Origin: Calditrichia bacterium
GTDB lineage: Bacteria > Calditrichota > Calditrichia > JAJRVZ01
DNA length: 64,000 nt
Assembly (NCBI GenBank): GCA_963796965.1
Contig: CAWCNS010000011.1
Location: 224,001 to 288,000 of the forward strand
Reading direction: 5' to 3'
The notes beneath the pieces are model-generated. The model was not told the origin of the DNA, ran no database searches, and was given only the letters and a program-made list of their open reading frames with translations. This document shows, piece by piece, positions 59,501 through 64,000 of this stretch. The position numbers and the translations under genes were made by a program. The first letter of the stretch is position 1. Every line of letters begins with the position of its first letter.

Positions 59501-59684
59501 CAACCACCTGTGGTGCCTGACCAGGGAATTCGGTAAAAATAATCACCTGAACATCACTAAGATCCGGAATGGCATCTACCGGTGTATCCATCATGGCATA
59601 TATTCCGGCGAAAGCCACAATAGCGGTAAATATTATAACCAAAAATCTATTTTTTACAGATGCCTCAATAATTTTTTCTAACAT
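56544..59684 (-). CDS. cusA: CusA/SilA-type heavy-metal RND permease
   Basis: DAIPDLSDVQVI, GPDATGVGW, EFMPPLNEGDLLYMP, DPAPLSMIET, WTMPIKTRIDML. Confidence 0.93.
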   Translation of the reverse strand: MLEKIIEASVKNRFLVIIFTAIVAFAGIYAMMDTPVDAIPDLSDVQVIIFTEFPGQAPQVVEDQVTYPLTSSMLAVPFAKSVRGYSFFGLSFVYIIFEDGTDIYWARSRVLEYLNYVSSRLPQGITPTLGPDATGVGWVYEYVLDGGDKYDLQQLRSIQDWYLRYELTSVPGVAEVASLGGYVKQYQVEVDPNKLLAYNIPINKVRMAIKRSNNDVGGKLVEMGETEFMVRGLGYIKSIEDIENIPLGVDNNGTPILIKNIANVVIGPELRRGLADWNGEGETAGGVIVMRFGGNALKTIALVKEKLKDLEKGLPEGVKIIPAYDRSSLIERAIDNLSWKLFEELLVVALVCIIFLLHFRSAFVALFTLPMGILISFLIMYFQGINANIMSLGGIAIAIGAMVDAAVVMIENAHKHIERDGGKKNHWQIIIDSSKEVGPALFYSLLIITISFLPVFSLQAQEGRLFKPLAFTKTYAMAGAALLAITIVPVLMGYFVRGKIIPENKNPISRFLIKLYKPIIHWVLRFRWITIGIALLILVITIFPMGKIGSEFMPPLNEGDLLYMPTTDPGISITKAKELLQQTDKIIKSFPEVHHVLGKIGRAETATDPAPLSMIETTIMLQPEDKWREGMTIEKLVEELDAAIQFPGLTNAWTMPIKTRIDMLSTGIKTPVGIKIMGPDLQTLSDLGQEIAAIIKDVEGTLSVFPDKTVGGNYFDFDIKRDESARYGLTVGDVQDVIMSAIGGMNVTTTVEGLERYPVNVRYSRELRDNLSALKRVLIPTPSGAQIPLNYVADISITKGPPVIKSENARTTAWLYVDLRGIDVGTYVKNAKKVIEEKVEFPEGYSLVWSGQYEYMERAQKRLNIVVPITLVVIFLLLYFNFKNFAESFIVMLSLPFALVGGIWLMYFLDYNFSVAVGVGFIALAGLAAETGVVMLVYLDNVFADWKRSGRLHSLKDLYDIVIEGAVDRVRPKLMTVVTTMVGLTPILWGTGAGSQTMKRIAAPMVGGLVSSTVLTLIVIPAIYYLWKSHEIKKLESSLNINEESV

Positions 59685-59737
59685 ACGTTGTCTCCAAAAA
59701 TCTTTTTATTTAACCTTACAAATCGTAATTGTTTTGA

Positions 59738-61296
59738 TTAGTGAACATATGGTTCCTGGTTCCTTTTTTCCATTTGTATAGATTCATCATGTTTCTGCTT
59801 TTCAGGGGCCATTTTCATCTCCGAATGATCCGCAGTTGTCTCTGTATTAGAATGATTGTTTTTATCAATATTCTGTGCTTTCTTTCCACCTCCAGCTTTT
59901 TCCTGTAACATTTTTTGAATCGCTTCCTGCAAACGGCTCTCACTATCCAATAGAAATTGTGCGGAAATAACAACTTCTTCATTTTCAAACAATCCGGAAA
60001 CAATCCGTATTTTCCCATCATCACTTTCTTCTCCAATTTGTACTTCACGTGGTTCAAATCGGCCTTCCCCACGGGTAACAAATACTAAATTTCGCTGTCC
60101 GGAACGAATTACGGCTTCAACCGGAACAATAATCGCATCTTTAATTGCGGGTGTTTCAATCCACACATTAGTATACATACCCGGCTTTAATTCGATACCG
60201 GGATTTAGAAATTCCAGACGAACTTTAACATCCCGGGCTTTTTCATCCAGATAGGGATAGATATACATAACCTTTCCTTCTAAGACTTTGCCCGGTGCAT
60301 AGGATAATTCCATGGTGGCTTTTTGTCCGACTTTTATCCAAGGAAGTTCATTATCATAAATACTCACATAAACCCAGATGGTTGACAGATCGGCAATTTG
60401 GTAGAGTGATGTGCCTTCTTTTATATGAACACCTTCAATAACATTTTTATGAACAACCACCCCATTCGCCGGCGATTCAAGTTTTAAGGTTTTACTCACC
60501 TTTCCACTTTCTTCCAAATCCTTAATAGCCGATTCCGGAATATCCCAATACAAAAGTCGCTGACGTGTTGAATTAAGCAGAGATTCAGCGCCCTCCCGGA
60601 TACTGGCAAATTGTGTTTCGCCAATAAGTTGTTTATTTTTTAACGCCAACAAATATTCCTGTTGCGTCGTAACCAGATCCGGCGAATAAATTTCAAGCAG
60701 AGGTTGACCCTTTCGTACTGGTTTTCCGGTATAATCCACATAGAGTTTCTCGATCCAACCGGAAATTTTAGAGGAGACGATAATAGATATTTTCTTCATT
60801 GTAGTCTATTTTTCCAATTGTACGAATTGAACGACTAAAATCGGTTTTCTCCACAGTTGCCGTACGGACGCCCATATTTTGAACCGTTACCGGATCTATT
60901 TGCACAGCACTTCCGGATGAAACCTTATCTTCATACACCGGTATAAGATCCATCCCCATGGCTGATTTACCTGGTTTATCATAAATTTCACTTGGATTCA
61001 TCGGCGCCTGCCAATATTTTATTTTTCTCTCAGCATCTGATTTATGGTCTCCATTATTCATGTCTTTATTCGCTGAAGCTGTTTCTGATCTTTTTCAATG
61101 GAACCAGATTCATCCCACATTTTGGACATTGTCCTGGTTCATCTACAATAACTTCCGGGTCCATACCACAGGTCCAAAGTTGGCCATCCTCATTCTTTCG
61201 CTAAATCAGTATCATCAGAGCCACATGAAATTAAGAAACCCGAAGAAATGACGAATGCCAAAAAACTTAAGAGTATATTTTTTTTATGATCTGCAT
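59738..61296 (-). CDS. cusB: CusB-like periplasmic adaptor with N-terminal metal-binding repeats (frameshifts near 60790 and 61070-61200)
   Basis: YWQAPMNP..PGKSAMGMDL, GWIEKL, IYSPDL..QQEYL, LKPGMY, FLLDSESRL. Confidence 0.88.
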
Positions 61297-61337
61297 TTTA
61301 TTCTCCATTACACTATTATTCTATAATTTAATTTGCC

Positions 61338-62703
61338 TTAGGATTTTGTTAATTGAATGCCAGTGATATATTCCAAACTCGCGACATCTTTATTATAGTC
61401 ACTGATCACCCGATAATAATCCAATCTCATAGTTAAATAATGTTATTTGATTATTTATAAGTGTTAGAAAATCTACCTTATCATTTTGATACCCAATCAT
61501 CGCAGATTCCAAGGATTGAGATGCCTGAGGGATAATTCCCGTTTTAAATAATTCTACTAATTTTGCATTTTTTTCTATACTGGTTAGCTTATTTTCTATC
61601 TCAAAATTCACTTGATTCAAAATTTGACTATAACGCTTATCAATCATAGATTTAGTAAAAATAGTTTCTTCCACTTTTTTGGATTGTTTACTATCCGGAA
61701 TAAATGGGGATGTTTAAACTGATTCCTCCAGATACAAAATCATAACCCGGATTACCATTTTCAAGTTCATCTCTTTGGGTATAAGCGACAAAAACCCCAA
61801 TATTAGGCCAATAATCTTTTTTTGCTAAATCAATTTTCAACTTACTTTGTTTCTTTACTGACTCCCACCCAATAAGTAAGGGGCGATTCAATTTTGCGAC
61901 AATTTGTAACGTGTCCAGAGAATAACCCAAAACGGAGAATCCTGGTTCTACGGTCTTACCTAATGTTCTATCTACAGGTTGATTCAAGAATGTATTTAAT
62001 TGTGCTTCTTTAACATCACGCTGCTGATCTAGTTGAATCAACTTATCAATCATTTTGGAGAATTCAACCTGTGCTTTTAGCACGTCTTGCTGCAATCCTT
62101 TGCCTACTTTATATTTTGATTCTGCAATTTCAGTAAATTCCCGCAACAACTGTTGATTTTTACCAGTAATCTCAATGGATTTATCAATAAAAAATAAATC
62201 ATAGTATCCTAGTTTAAGATCCTGTAATAATTTATTCTGATACTCCAGAAAATTTGCTGTTGAGATGGATGCTCCCTCAGTTGAAATATCCTCCTTTAAA
62301 CTAAGTTTTCCGGGGAATGGAAAGAGTCTGTCTCAGGGCGATTTGTTTTCCTGTCATTGGTTCCTGGTCAAATGCAAATGAATTGGTTGGCAGATTTAAT
62401 AAATTTAATGATAAGATCGGATCCGGGAGAGCCCCAGATTGAGATATCTTTGTAGAGTCAGCCTGAGTAGTACTATATAAAGATTGCAATTGTGGGTTTT
62501 TTTCGATTGCGGTGCCGATAAGATCATCTAGAATTAAAACATCTACAGTTGGTTGAGAATAACCCAATTGTAGCATAAAAAATAAAATTGAATGTTAAAA
62601 TAATCAGAAGCATACAAATTGAAATAGATCTTCGTATTCCTTTTGTAGATCTTCCAGCACTGAATCCTCCGGATTGTTTTTCAGATCTTAAATTCACTAA
62701 CAT
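61338..62703 (-). CDS. TolC-family outer-membrane factor (several frameshifts)
   Basis: NPQL, LPDP, YKVGKGLQQDVLKAQVE, YQNDKVDFLTL; directly upstream of cusB. Confidence 0.85.
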
Positions 62704-62712
62704 ACCTACCCC

Positions 62713-63126
62713 TCATTGTTTAACCGTTAGTTTTGATTCGTTCTCTGTAATATTTCCCTTAATTTTTAGCAGCAAATAAATGCACAAAGCCAATAAACCA
62801 ATACTTGCCCACCAGGGGAAAGCATATTTTTGCAAATAATTATCTAATAATTCAGAACTATGATGTCCTGTTTCACTAATATCCATCCCGCCCGCATGAT
62901 TATTCATATCCTGATGAGTAGTGCTTGAGCTATTTACATGCGTCTCCCCATGATCTGATGTTACCGGGAATTCAGAAACAGGATGGCCGTGATCAAAGAT
63001 TCGGTGAAAGAAACATGTATACTGACCGCCAATATTCATTGGGAAGAAAAATACAGCTCCTGCCGAAGTGATCAATAAAATCATGCTCAGGTAAACTTTT
63101 TTTGTACTAAATTTTCTGCGTGACAT
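62713..63126 (-). CDS. Two-helix membrane protein with His-rich loop
   Basis: Hydrophobic ends flanking CFFHRIFDHGH..DHGETH..H..H..GHH. Confidence 0.65.
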   Translation of the reverse strand: MSRRKFSTKKVYLSMILLITSAGAVFFFPMNIGGQYTCFFHRIFDHGHPVSEFPVTSDHGETHVNSSSTTHQDMNNHAGGMDISETGHHSSELLDNYLQKYAFPWWASIGLLALCIYLLLKIKGNITENESKLTVKQ

Positions 63127-63158
63127 TTTATTCCTTACAGTAGTATTCTATTATACTG

Positions 63159-63175
63159 TTCAATCACTGTGCCAG
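63159..63175 (-). promoter_or_regulatory. Putative sigma54 promoter of the metal-efflux operon
   Basis: CTGGCACAGTGATTGAA (GG-N10-GA), about 30 nt before ATG 63126; a bEBP gene lies just upstream. Confidence 0.65.
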
Positions 63176-63295
63176 AATAAAACAACAACTAATTTAACCG
63201 TGTTCTAAGATATTGATATTATGAAGGTTATAAGGATATATGATACGAAATAGTAACAAACAGTAAATATAGGAGGGGGGTAAATAAGTAAGATT

Positions 63296-63334
63296 TGTAT
63301 AATAGTCTACAGGTAGGGTGTATAATAGTCTACA
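63296..63334. promoter_or_regulatory. Perfect 16-bp direct repeat, putative activator binding sites
   Basis: tgtataatagtctaca at 63296 and 63319; each copy has TGTA-N8-TACA symmetry. Confidence 0.65.
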
Positions 63335-63406
63335 AAAAAGGATGGGTATTGGTGGTGTTGCAGATTTGATTTTTTGGTACAATTAATAATAATTGCACGA
63401 TCTGTC

Positions 63407-63492
63407 TCCCCCTTGAAAAAGGGGGATTAAGGGGGATGTTTTTTGCTCTAAGTTACTTATAAACATCCCCCTAACCCCCTTTCTAAGGGGGA
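63407..63492. repeat. CCCCCTT-N-AAGGGGG palindromes in inverted pair; related copies near 36852-36897 and 40298-40367
   Basis: tcccccttgaaaaagggggattaagggggatgtt ... aacatccccctaaccccctttctaaggggga. Confidence 0.8.
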
Positions 63493-63576
63493 ATAGATTT
63501 TGCTTAATCGATAGAAAGTATTCAGATATTGGATAATGACAACTTAATCTGCAACAACTAGAAAAGGGGGATGATT

Positions 63577-64000
63577 TCATTCCATTCCATATTTTTTTAA
63601 TTTATAGAGGAGCACATGCCTCGGGATCCGTAACATACGGGCGGTTTTGGAACGGTTGCCTTCTGTCCTTTGCAGCAATTCAGTTATGACATATCTCTCG
63701 ATAGAATCTAAGGCAATTCCATCTTCGGGAATATGAATTTTTGTTCCTGTACTATTAATAGCACCTCCCGAAATATGTTCAGGAATGTTATCAGGCGTAA
63801 TATCTGATTCAGTGGCCAGGGCCAGGATGCGTTCGATTATATTCTCGAGTTCGCGTACATTCCCGGGCCAATCATAATTTTTTAATAATTCGATCACATC
63901 ATTATTTATATTAAAGGTTCTGCCGGCACTGTATTTAGTTAGAAAAAAGTCCACGAGAAAAGGAATATCTTCTCTTCTTTCTCTAAGAGGCGATAGTTTT
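63577..64000 (-). CDS. Sigma54-dependent activator, C-terminal part (runs off window edge)
   Basis: [54 protein letters not shown]. Confidence 0.9.
   Translation of the reverse strand, partial: KLSPLRERREDIPFLVDFFLTKYSAGRTFNINNDVIELLKNYDWPGNVRELENIIERILALATESDITPDNIPEHISGGAINSTGTKIHIPEDGIALDSIERYVITELLQRTEGNRSKTARMLRIPRHVLLYKLKKYGME

Noticed and set aside
56647..59781. Plus-strand ORFs opposite cusA, and similar antisense ORFs elsewhere
   Set aside because: Antisense shadows of well-supported genes.
63194..63580. Two small ORFs upstream of the metal operon
   Set aside because: They translate the direct repeats and CCCCCTT palindromes; likely non-coding.

Overview
AT-rich bacterial DNA, most consistent with an FCB-group lineage such as Calditrichota (inference: five proteins end in a C-terminal sorting domain, four of them with an intact YPNPFN motif). 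Most long genes are broken by single-base frameshifts, often at homopolymers. This looks like uncorrected long-read error, so split ORFs are merged below and some gene ends are approximate. Gene content in order: DUF4838-like fragment, GH28-like hydrolase, DoxX fusion, PilZ, proBA, GxxExxY protein, GH2 beta-galactosidase, mntP, an ~11 kb sigma54/Ser-Thr-kinase island with heme-motif proteins, PhyH dioxygenase, Omp85 barrel, GIY-YIG nuclease, MscS, class III cyclase, GH109-like oxidoreductase, Spy-like lipoprotein, a TonB receptor/PQQ-propeller/ABC operon, CotH, tyrosine phenol-lyase, NHL protein, secreted multiheme cytochrome and a Cus/Cop-type metal efflux operon. The most striking signal is non-coding. 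(1) The GxxExxY gene sits inside a 59-bp inverted repeat (58/59 identical), and a gene-less element of the same architecture occurs at 47.8 kb. (2) The GIY-YIG gene is embedded in nine alternating 25-bp palindromes. (3) The cyclase gene is bracketed by ~140-bp inverted repeats built from GTAG-REP doublets. (4) Small hairpin modules, several with a CAGGC tail, are inserted into the other repeats, once in nested fashion. Four sigma54-like promoters with a non-canonical -12 element, and candidate enhancer sites for two activators, are also visible. No rRNA, tRNA or CRISPR array was recognised.
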